Positions 17,716-25,622 of a stretch of 64,000 bases of DNA are shown here, piece by piece (position 1 is the stretch's first letter; every line of letters begins with the position of its first letter). Made by a program: the position numbers and the translations under genes. The stretch spans positions 8,357 through 72,356 of the forward strand of contig JABIBQ010000080.1 in assembly GCA_018652685.1 (NCBI GenBank), in the 5' to 3' direction. The DNA comes from Candidatus Bathyarchaeota archaeon (GTDB lineage: Archaea > Thermoproteota > Bathyarchaeia > TCS64). Below the pieces are notes generated by a model. That model searched no databases, was not told where the DNA came from, and saw only the letters and a list, made by a program, of their open reading frames with translations.

Positions 17716-18531
17716 ATGATGAGTAACAGGGCAATTGAACGTATCAGTTCGCTGATGAATACAAAACGATTCGTGGTAAAGGTGGGCACGAGCAGCATTA
17801 CCGATGAAAACTCAAGGTTGGACGTCGGCAAGGTGGCCATCCTAGTGAGCATGTTGATGAAGGAGGTTAAGAACGGGAGGTCACCGATACTCGTGAGCTC
17901 AGGGGCTATCGGTGCAGGACTCGGCAGGCTTGGTCTACCAAGGCCGGACGAAATGCAGGAACTCCAGGCGGCTGCGGCCGTGGGCCAGGGTATCCTAATG
18001 CAGACGTACGAGTTCTTTTTCAACAACTATGAACAAACCATAGCACAGCTCCTTCTGACGGGCGACGATTTCACTGACCCCGAGAGGAACAGGAACCTGT
18101 CCAACACACTGGAGACCCTCATCAACTGGGGCGTAATCCCCATAATCAACGAGAACGACACCGTTGCGACCCAGGAGATCAAAGTGGGCGATAATGATAC
18201 AATTGCCTCCTACGTCACCATGGCGGTGGACGCGGACCTGCTGGTCATACTGACAGACGTGGACGGGCTGTACACCAGTAACCCATCAGAAGGTAAGGGC
18301 GAGTTCGTCAAGGTCGTGGAAGAAATCACCCCCGAGGTCGAAGGCTGGGCCAGCAAGGCTGGAAAGGGTTTTGGCGGAATGTACACCAAGGTCCAGGCGG
18401 CCAAGAGACTGGCGAAGGAGGGCAAGGCGACGGTGATAGCGAGCAGCGGCGTGCCAGATGCCCTGTCAAAGGTTTTGGTGGGGGAGATTGGCACCCTATT
18501 CATGCCAAGAGGAGATGAGATTGATGAGTGA
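17716..18531 (+). CDS. proB: Glutamate 5-kinase (short form without PUA domain)
   Basis: 271 aa. Motifs RFVVKVGTSSITDE, LVSSGAIGAG, NENDTVA and DNDTIAS. Confidence 0.85.
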   Translation: MMSNRAIERISSLMNTKRFVVKVGTSSITDENSRLDVGKVAILVSMLMKEVKNGRSPILVSSGAIGAGLGRLGLPRPDEMQELQAAAAVGQGILMQTYEFFFNNYEQTIAQLLLTGDDFTDPERNRNLSNTLETLINWGVIPIINENDTVATQEIKVGDNDTIASYVTMAVDADLLVILTDVDGLYTSNPSEGKGEFVKVVEEITPEVEGWASKAGKGFGGMYTKVQAAKRLAKEGKATVIASSGVPDALSKVLVGEIGTLFMPRGDEIDE

Positions 18532-19831
18532 AGTAGTAAACAAGGCGGCGGCAGCCCGACAGGCATCATACGGTCTATCGAAGTTAGACACCGAGGCAAA
18601 GAACGCGGCGTTGAACGCCGTGGCCGATGCCCTCTGGGAACACAGGGAGACCCTGATGGAGGCGAATCAAAGAGACCTGGAGGCAGCTGACGGGATGCTC
18701 CAGAAGGGAGAGATCACTGGGGCCATGATAAAGCGGATGGCCCTTAACACGAGCAAGGTCCAGGGGATCGTTGACATGGTGAAGAGCGTCGCGTCCCTAA
18801 ACGACCCGGTGGGGAAAACCGAATACGCCAGGGAACTGGACGAGGGGCTGGATTTGTTCAGAGTCACCTCGCCACTGGGAGTCGTCGCAGTTATTTTCGA
18901 GTCACGGCCCGATGCCCTTGTCCAGATAGCGAGCCTGTGCCTGAAATCAGGGAACAGCGTGCTCCTCAAGGGCGGCAGCGAAGCCCGCCACAGCAACAGG
19001 AAGCTATACACAATCATCAAGGAAGCCACAGGCGACCTTCCTGATGGTTGGATTCAGATCATGGAGGTAAGGGACGAGGTCACCAAGCTCCTAGAGCTGG
19101 ACGCCTACGTTGACCTGATCATCCCACGTGGTAGCAACGAGTTCGTCAGGTACATCCAGAACAACACCCGCATCCCCGTTCTCGGGCACGCCGACGGGGT
19201 CTGCCACATCTACGTGGACAGCGAGGCTGACCTTGATATGGCTGTGAAGGTCTGCCTCGACGCCAAGATCCAGTACCCATCCGTGTGTAACGCGGTTGAC
19301 ACAATCTTAGTACACGAGGACATAGCAAAGGGCTTCATCGCACCCATGGTCGAAACGCTGTTAGATAAGGCCGTGGAGGTCAGAGGCGGAGAACAGGTGC
19401 TAGAGATCATTAAAGAAGGAGTCAAGGCGGCGACGGATGATGACTGGGGTCACGAGTACCTCGACTACATCGTTGCCTTGAAGATCGTGCCCGACGCCGA
19501 TGAGGCCATCACACACATCAACGGGTATGGCTCGCACCACACAGATGCGATTCTAACTGGTAATGCGGAGACCGCGGTCTACTTCATCGACTCCGTTGAC
19601 TCGGCCAACGTGTTCTGGAACGCATCGACAAGGTTTGCGGACGGGTACAGGTACGGCCTTGGATCAGAGGTGGGCATAAGCACGGGGAAGATACATGCCC
19701 GCGGCCCATCAGGGCTTGAGGGGCTCACCATTTACAGGTACATCCTTAGGGGGGACGGCCACATCGTCGCTGATTACGTCGGAGATGGTGCCAAGAAATA
19801 TACCCATCGTTCGATTGATGAGAAATGGTGA
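18524..19831 (+). CDS. proA: Gamma-glutamyl phosphate reductase
   Basis: ATG 18524 overlaps the proB stop by 8 nt. ALDH-type ProA motifs are present (LIIPRGSNEFVRYI, CNAVDTILVH, HHTDAI, NASTRFADG). Confidence 0.9.
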   Translation: MSEVVNKAAAARQASYGLSKLDTEAKNAALNAVADALWEHRETLMEANQRDLEAADGMLQKGEITGAMIKRMALNTSKVQGIVDMVKSVASLNDPVGKTEYARELDEGLDLFRVTSPLGVVAVIFESRPDALVQIASLCLKSGNSVLLKGGSEARHSNRKLYTIIKEATGDLPDGWIQIMEVRDEVTKLLELDAYVDLIIPRGSNEFVRYIQNNTRIPVLGHADGVCHIYVDSEADLDMAVKVCLDAKIQYPSVCNAVDTILVHEDIAKGFIAPMVETLLDKAVEVRGGEQVLEIIKEGVKAATDDDWGHEYLDYIVALKIVPDADEAITHINGYGSHHTDAILTGNAETAVYFIDSVDSANVFWNASTRFADGYRYGLGSEVGISTGKIHARGPSGLEGLTIYRYILRGDGHIVADYVGDGAKKYTHRSIDEKW

Positions 19832-19986
19832 CCTCGCCAGAGGAGGCCAGAGAGTACACTGACGAGCTTGGGAAGCCCGTTGTCATCAAGGTATAGATAC
19901 AAGTTGGCGGCAGGGGCAATGCGGGAGGCGTAAACTTCTCGGACAACCCGGACGAGGCAGCGGATGACCTCAGGGAGCTCCTCTAA
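19828..19986 (+). pseudogene. Fragment of a succinyl-CoA synthetase beta/ATP-grasp gene (SucC-like) with an internal TAG
   Basis: Translation TSPEEAREYTDELGKPVVIKV*IQVGGRGNAGGVNFSDNPDEAADDLRELL matches the SucC block ..VV.KAQV..GGRGKAGGV.F. The TAG at 19894 sits where SucC has Gln. Only about 52 codons remain. Confidence 0.45.
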
Positions 19987-20522
19987 GCCTCTATTATTTT
20001 TATTAGCTGCTCAAGCATGCGGAAGGTGAGTCCCCAGACAACCTCTCCGTCATACTTGTAAACGTCGCTGTTCCAACCCTTGACATCCTGTTTGGTCCTT
20101 GACTGGACCAGCTCGCTCAGAGGGGCCCAAAGGTATCTTGTAAGCTCGTAATTGAGGCTCACCTCGGGCTCCTCGTCATAGACATACACTATTGGCTGGA
20201 CTTTCATGTTTGTGCGGACGCTGCTGAATATTGGCTTCATGTAACCCAGCTTTGATTTCTCACGGAGATCGATTGCGGTCTCCTCAAGTACCTCGCGAGA
20301 GGCAGTTTCCACCAGGTCTCTGTCATCGTCCCCCCTTTTACCACCAGGGAAGGCCATGTCCCCGCTCCACGGGTCACCCTCGACCTCTGCCCTCTTGACA
20401 AGGAAGAACTCCAGATCGTCGTTGCGCTCCCTGAGGAGTATGGCTACTGCTGCATGTGAGCTCTCCTCCGGTCCATCGAGAAGTTTTCCCCGAAGGCTTG
20501 ATAGTTTCTCATTTGCCCGCAA
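19983..20522 (-). CDS. NUDIX hydrolase (CoA pyrophosphatase-like)
   Basis: Nudix box GGKRGDDDRDLVETASREVLEETAI. The ORF track extends to 20678, which would overlap the divergent mrp gene. TTG 20522 and GTG 20600 are plausible starts, so the start is uncertain. Confidence 0.7.
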   Translation of the reverse strand: MRANEKLSSLRGKLLDGPEESSHAAVAILLRERNDDLEFFLVKRAEVEGDPWSGDMAFPGGKRGDDDRDLVETASREVLEETAIDLREKSKLGYMKPIFSSVRTNMKVQPIVYVYDEEPEVSLNYELTRYLWAPLSELVQSRTKQDVKGWNSDVYKYDGEVVWGLTFRMLEQLIKIIEA

Positions 20523-20704
20523 CGGTGTTCCGTATCTGTGAATGCTCAGGGTATCTAAAATGTTGTGATCAAGTTTGGGAAGACGTAAATAGCATCGCAC
20601 AAACTCAGGAACAATATTTGGAAGGCAACAGATTGACAGAATCCAAGGACATATCGAACCCCTTCGAGCAGAAGGCAAAGCAACAGGAGCTAATCAAGGA
20701 GAAG

Positions 20705-21475
20705 ATGGCCAACGTGAAGCACAAGATAGCCATAATCAGCGGAAAGGGAGGAGTAGGAAAGACCCTCGTTACTGTGAACCTCGCTGCTGCACTAGCAAAG
20801 GGCAGGAAGGGAAAGGTGGGTATACTGGACGCAGATCTCACGGGGCCTTGCGTCCCCAAGATGATGGGTCTGAAGGGCCACAAGATGGAGCTAGGGGCCT
20901 CTGGGATAATGCCAGCTAGGGGATCAGAGGACATCGCCGTGGTCTCCATGGACTTCCTGCTTCCTGACGACGAGGCCCCTGTCATCTGGCGTGGCCCGCT
21001 AAAGATGGGTGCGATCAGGCAGTTCCTCGGTGAAGTAGCCTGGGGTGACCTTGATTACCTGCTCATAGATCTCCCACCAGGCACCGGGGATGAGAGCCTC
21101 AGCGTCCTGCAGCTGTTACCTGAGCTGTCCGGCGTTATCATAATCACTATCCCAAGCGAGGTGAGTCAGGCGGTGGTGAAGAAGGCTGTGACCTTCGCCC
21201 GTCAGATGAAAGTTCCAATACTCGGAATCGTCGAGAACATGAGTGGGCTTGTCTGCCCCCACTGCGGAGAGGTCATCAACGTCTTCAGCAAGGGAGGAGG
21301 GGCCAAGGTCTCGAAAGAGATGGGTGTAGAACTCATAGGGAGTATCCCCATGGATCCTAAGGTCGCATTGGATAGCGACAATGGTGTGCCATTCATCTAC
21401 TCTCATCCCGATTCCCCTGCAGCTGAAGCCTTCAAAGTCGTGGTCGAGAGAATTGAGGGACAAGTGAAGAAATAA
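20705..21475 (+). CDS. Mrp/NBP35/ApbC-family Fe-S cluster carrier ATPase
   Basis: Motifs KIAIISGKGGVGKT, LLIDLPPGTGDE and CPHCGEVINVF. ATG 20705 or TTG 20633 is the likely start; the ORF-track start at 20456 is implausible. Confidence 0.85.
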   Translation: MANVKHKIAIISGKGGVGKTLVTVNLAAALAKGRKGKVGILDADLTGPCVPKMMGLKGHKMELGASGIMPARGSEDIAVVSMDFLLPDDEAPVIWRGPLKMGAIRQFLGEVAWGDLDYLLIDLPPGTGDESLSVLQLLPELSGVIIITIPSEVSQAVVKKAVTFARQMKVPILGIVENMSGLVCPHCGEVINVFSKGGGAKVSKEMGVELIGSIPMDPKVALDSDNGVPFIYSHPDSPAAEAFKVVVERIEGQVKK

Positions 21476-21681
21476 GGGAAAAGGTAGTTGGTCCGGTAGC
21501 GGACAATACTGGAATCACGGTGTCGGAGCATTTCGGAAAAGCCCCGTTTTTCGCGTTATTTGATATCGACGAGGTTTGCGGTAAGTGCATCAAGGCGTGT
21601 GTTTATTCACCCCGCCTAGCAAAACTTTTTGAGATTCCAGAGGTTCAACTATTCAACGGTGTCTGCTATACGAATCCCTGA
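21469..21681 (+). pseudogene. Possible remnant of a NifX/NifB-domain (dinitrogenase FeMo-cofactor-binding-like) gene
   Basis: The open frame reads KVVGPVADNTGITVSEHFGKAPFFALFDIDE, the typical N-terminal block of these small proteins. It has no canonical start before that block and diverges after about 30 residues. Confidence 0.3.
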
Positions 21682-21716
21682 TTAGCGATTATAAAAACCT
21701 AAAAGAGAAGAGGGAG

Positions 21717-22514
21717 CTAGAGCTCCACTTCCTCGCCCGCCTGACCTGGTTTCCAGCCCTTGATGTGGGCATGAGCTGCGTTTACACCGTTCCTGAGGTA
21801 CGCTGTGTCGCTGTTTACGGCGCAGAACAGGAAGCCCCTGTCGATGGCCTCGTTGATGTTGGTGGGACCTGGTGTTGTGAAACAGTGCATCCCTGGAGCT
21901 ACCCCGGCGTCCTTGCCTGCCTCAACGATTCTGTCAAGGGTCTTGAGGAACACGGGGTTGGTATAATCCCTGTGGATTCCCATGTCAAGGCTCAGGTCGC
22001 TGGGGCCCACGAAGCAGGCGTCCACGCCCTCGACACTGAATATCTCATCGATGTTCTCTACGCCCTTGGCGGTCTCGATCATGACGACGCACAGAGTCTC
22101 ATCGTTCGCCGATGCGAAGTAATCTGGGTCACGGAATGCAGCCAGCCTGGGCCCTGCTCCCCTCTCTCCCCACGGAGGATATTTCATGAGCCTCACCATG
22201 TCCTCGGCCTGCTCCTTTGTCTCGATCCGAGGACTAACGATCCCCGTAGCGCCTGCGTCCATTACCTTCTTGATCCAGACGAGGTCATGCCATGGTATCC
22301 TGCACATTGGCATGCACTTGTCCCTGCCCCATAGCATAGACTGAACCATGAAGTGGTATGTCTCAGGGCCGAACGCGCTGTGCTCCATGTCGCAGACCAG
22401 CCAGTCCCAGCCCATGTCGGCCAGGTACATGGTCATATCGGGGTGACCAACGGTCACCCATGTGCCCAGGGCCGGCGTCCCGGCCTTGAGCTTGCGCTTT
22501 ACAAGGTTCTTCAT
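21717..22514 (-). CDS. HpcH/HpaI-family 2-keto-3-deoxy acid aldolase
   Basis: 265 aa. Motifs LGTWVTVGHPDMTMYLADMGWDWLVCDMEHS, RIPW, MIET and FVGPSDLS. Confidence 0.85.
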   Translation of the reverse strand: MKNLVKRKLKAGTPALGTWVTVGHPDMTMYLADMGWDWLVCDMEHSAFGPETYHFMVQSMLWGRDKCMPMCRIPWHDLVWIKKVMDAGATGIVSPRIETKEQAEDMVRLMKYPPWGERGAGPRLAAFRDPDYFASANDETLCVVMIETAKGVENIDEIFSVEGVDACFVGPSDLSLDMGIHRDYTNPVFLKTLDRIVEAGKDAGVAPGMHCFTTPGPTNINEAIDRGFLFCAVNSDTAYLRNGVNAAHAHIKGWKPGQAGEEVEL

Positions 22515-22580
22515 GGTTGAACCGGTAACCCCTGTGGATAAAAAACCGTCGAGAGAAAGACTTGAATCGACGCGACTGGA

Positions 22581-23012
22581 ATGATAGCTGTGGTCAAGAT
22601 GGAGGGCTGGGTCTACGCGTTGATTGCCGTGGTTGTATGGGGATTTGAAGCGATAATAGTTAGGGCAGCCGGGGACGGCGTGGACCCTCTTGTGGGAACA
22701 GGGATTGGATGTATTGCCGCGGGACTTGTTTTCGCAGTCTACCTGGGCGCCACTGGGAGGATAAACTCGGACATGCTAAACCGGACCGGGTTCTATTACG
22801 GGATAGCCGGAGTGACCAGCTTCGCGATCGGCCATTACTTCTATTACACGGCCATCAACAAATCTGGGGCATCTCTCAGCGCCAGTCTGGTTGCTACTTA
22901 CCCGCTGCTAACCGTTGTTATGGCGTGGCTGTTATTTGGCGAGCAGATCACATTGAAGAGCGGAATAGGCACCCTCCTCATAGTGATTGGCGGGCTGCTA
23001 TTGTTTGTTTGA
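22581..23012 (+). CDS. Small EamA/DMT-type membrane protein (single EamA domain)
   Basis: 143 aa with 4-5 TM helices and a DMT-like C-terminal GxxLIxxG motif (GIGTLLIVIGGLLL). Confidence 0.6.
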   Translation: MIAVVKMEGWVYALIAVVVWGFEAIIVRAAGDGVDPLVGTGIGCIAAGLVFAVYLGATGRINSDMLNRTGFYYGIAGVTSFAIGHYFYYTAINKSGASLSASLVATYPLLTVVMAWLLFGEQITLKSGIGTLLIVIGGLLLFV

Positions 23013-23072
23013 CCGCTGCAAATTGTATCGGTTTGTTAAAAAAAGGCAATCCGATACAATTTTGAATCGGTT

Positions 23073-24917
23073 TTAGAGGTCCTCGAACACCGGACCAATA
23101 CCCAGCCCCTCAAGCGTCTCTTTTGTGGGCACGCCAGCCTCGGGGTCCCAGCCCATCTTCTCGTAGTAGTTCCTCAGCATCTCGTCCCAGTGGGGCTGGA
23201 TGCTGATTCCCTCGGTAGGCCCGTCAATCGGGGTTGACCCGTACCTGAACGAAGGCTTGTCGTGCTCCGCTGAAAGCCCTGTCTGGAGGTTGTACATCCT
23301 CATGAGGTTTACCGCCCTCCTACCGATGTCCCACGCCTCGTCTGGATCCATGTCCCAACCCGTGGCCGCTGAAATTGCCGCAGCTAGCCGTTCATGGTTC
23401 ATCCTAGTGTTGAATCTGCACGTCAATGCGCTGTCCTCCAGCTGCATCAGTCCCTTGGTCCTGGCTACCTCACTGCTGACATTGATGGGGTGGGCTGGTC
23501 CCTGCGCATCGGGGTTCATGGCACTCATGTGCGTCTCGATGGTGCCGGTTCCACTGACGCAGGTGTCGAACATCTCAGCCCACCTGTTCCTGTGGTCGTG
23601 GCCCCTTGGGCTGTTACCCTTCATGGTGTAGATGGCCGCTTCCGCCGCCTTACCTCCAAGCTTTTCTGATGCCTTCTTGACTCCCTCGGCCAGTAGGTCA
23701 CCGAAGCCCTCGCGGCCCGCCGTAATCCTGAGAATCCTTTCCGCACCCTCGGCATCTCCCCAGCCCGTCTTGAACCCTACCTGCTCCTCGGTGAGCCATC
23801 CGTCCTCCATGCCCTCCATAACCCAGCCTACAAGCCACCCGGCCTCATTGTTATCGAAACCAAGCCTATCGGTGAGTCCGCTGAGCATCATTGTGGCCTC
23901 GACATCGGTTATCCCGACCACAGGGCCCCATGCCGCCATCTGCTCGTACTCGGGCTCGTCCACCATGCACTTGTACTTACCCTCCTTTACTTCAAACATC
24001 GTCGCGTGGAGAAGCCTGCAGCCCCAGCAGGGAACCCTAGCTATCTGGTAGTTATCCCTCAACGTGGGCTCCACAAAGTCCTTGATTTCCTCGTCCGAGA
24101 CCCCCCAGTCGAAGGTTTTATAGTTCTTCACAGGGAGGCCGCCGCTCTGTCCCTTCCACATGTTGGCGACACCGCCGATAGTGCCTCTGAAGTACTCAAC
24201 GTCCTCGAATATCTCCTGGGAAATCTTCTGGAGAGCAGTTCTGTCATTGACTTCCTGCTTCGCGCTGCCCCTGAATGTGATGATTGCCTTGATCTTCTTG
24301 CTTCCGAGGACGCCGCCTGTGCCATTGTGACTTGCGCTATGGCCGTGGTCAACGAATGTCCCTGCCCACCTGGATTTCGTCTCCCCCGCTGGGCCGATGG
24401 ATAGAACACTTGCCCCCCGGTTCTTGACACCATAGAGCTCAAGGAGCTTGTCAGTTGTCTCGTAAGTATCTAGGCCCATGATTTCTGAGGCGTCCCGGAT
24501 ATCTACCTTTCCGTCCTTGATGGAGATATAGCTCCATTCGGGTGCCTGGCCGGTCAGTATGATGTTGTCATAGCCACTGAACTTGAGGTACGCCGCGAAC
24601 AGCCCGTTTGCTTGACAACTGGTCGCCCCACCCGTCAGCGCGCCTTTGGTTACGACGCTGATGGTCCCGCTTCCGCCAATCGATGTCCCGCTCAACGGCC
24701 CCGTCCCTATGAAGTACATGTTCCGAGGGTCATCGTACTCGATGTCCCTCGGCACCTCGTCGTAGAGGAACTTGACGCCCAGGGCTGTCCCGCCCAAGTA
24801 TTTCCTGAGGAAAGCCTCTTCATAGACCTCCTCCGTTACTTTCCCATCATTGAGGTTGATCCTTAATGTTTTACCCGCGTAGCCACCTATATCAGCCATA
24901 AAACTCACCTTATCCAT
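23073..24917 (-). CDS. aor: Aldehyde:ferredoxin oxidoreductase family (tungstopterin enzyme)
   Basis: 614 aa. N-terminus GYAGKTLRINLNDGKVTEE...FLRKYLGGTALGVKFLY, and an AOR-type domain 2/3 layout. Confidence 0.9.
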   Translation of the reverse strand: MDKVSFMADIGGYAGKTLRINLNDGKVTEEVYEEAFLRKYLGGTALGVKFLYDEVPRDIEYDDPRNMYFIGTGPLSGTSIGGSGTISVVTKGALTGGATSCQANGLFAAYLKFSGYDNIILTGQAPEWSYISIKDGKVDIRDASEIMGLDTYETTDKLLELYGVKNRGASVLSIGPAGETKSRWAGTFVDHGHSASHNGTGGVLGSKKIKAIITFRGSAKQEVNDRTALQKISQEIFEDVEYFRGTIGGVANMWKGQSGGLPVKNYKTFDWGVSDEEIKDFVEPTLRDNYQIARVPCWGCRLLHATMFEVKEGKYKCMVDEPEYEQMAAWGPVVGITDVEATMMLSGLTDRLGFDNNEAGWLVGWVMEGMEDGWLTEEQVGFKTGWGDAEGAERILRITAGREGFGDLLAEGVKKASEKLGGKAAEAAIYTMKGNSPRGHDHRNRWAEMFDTCVSGTGTIETHMSAMNPDAQGPAHPINVSSEVARTKGLMQLEDSALTCRFNTRMNHERLAAAISAATGWDMDPDEAWDIGRRAVNLMRMYNLQTGLSAEHDKPSFRYGSTPIDGPTEGISIQPHWDEMLRNYYEKMGWDPEAGVPTKETLEGLGIGPVFEDL

Positions 24918-24952
24918 GACGTGATAACTGGAAAAGGATTACGACAAGCACG

Positions 24953-25243
24953 GTGAAACAAATGAATGTGAGAGTTAGGCTCTACGGGATGGCATACAAC
25001 GAGGTTGGCACCCGCGAGTTAAGTGTAGAGTTGATCGATGACTTAACGGTAAATGACCTCCTATCAATCATCGTGGAGAGGTACCCCTCCCTAACCAAAC
25101 TCATCTATGACGATGAGGGAGTTTTCAGGGAGTACCTTGAGGTGGCAGTTAACAAGACTGATATCATCGGGCTGGATGGTTTGGACTCGGTGCTGAAGGA
25201 AAGCGATATAGTGTTAATCATGCCCCCGATTGGCGGTGGCTAG
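24953..25243 (+). CDS. MoaD/ThiS-family ubiquitin-like small protein (C-terminal GG)
   Basis: 96 aa from the GTG, or 93 aa from ATG 24962. Beta-grasp pattern, ending in IMPPIGGG. Confidence 0.75.
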   Translation: MKQMNVRVRLYGMAYNEVGTRELSVELIDDLTVNDLLSIIVERYPSLTKLIYDDEGVFREYLEVAVNKTDIIGLDGLDSVLKESDIVLIMPPIGGG

Positions 25244-25590
25244 CCTATTATGGGAGTCAGGTCAAACCTGAATGCTATCTTGAGCGCGTAAAGCACCACA
25301 ACCGCGATGACGTTCTGAACTGCCAAGATATAGTATCCCTGATTCTCCTTCGAGAAATACAACCCCGCGACGATTGGTGGGACTGCGATTATGTACCACA
25401 GTGCCCAGTAAAGGAGGAAAACCATGTTCAGGAACGCGACCACAGTTAACTGAAGGAGGTCCAAACCAGCGGGCAGGACATTCTGGGTCAGGTAAACGAT
25501 GATGGCAGAAACAACTGACATCGCCGTGATTATGAGGTTGAGCTGTGTCCAGCGGGGAAGAATCCGTTTGATAAGCCCCTTGAAGTCCAT
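25240..25590 (-). CDS. Small integral membrane protein, unknown function
   Basis: 116 aa with about 4 predicted TM helices. Preferred over the overlapping Arg/Pro-rich frame at 25262-25738. Confidence 0.5.
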   Translation of the reverse strand: MDFKGLIKRILPRWTQLNLIITAMSVVSAIIVYLTQNVLPAGLDLLQLTVVAFLNMVFLLYWALWYIIAVPPIVAGLYFSKENQGYYILAVQNVIAVVVLYALKIAFRFDLTPIIG

Positions 25591-25622
25591 CCAGCAAAAG
25601 ACGAAGGGGTAGGATAAAGGGG

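Noticed and set aside
14943-17726. Three long + strand ORFs (14943-15698, 16396-17202, 16929-17726) antisense to the two M20 genes.
   Set aside because: They are shadow frames. The translations are Ser/Pro/Ala/His-rich with no recognisable domains, while the minus-strand M20 paralogs corroborate each other along their full length.
19894-19896. The in-frame TAG in the SucC-like fragment, considered as a possible recoding (pyrrolysine) site.
   Set aside because: The fragment is only about 52 codons, with both ends truncated by neighbouring genes. TAG is used as an ordinary stop by many genes in the window, and no pyl genes are seen. A nonsense mutation in a decaying remnant is the simpler reading.
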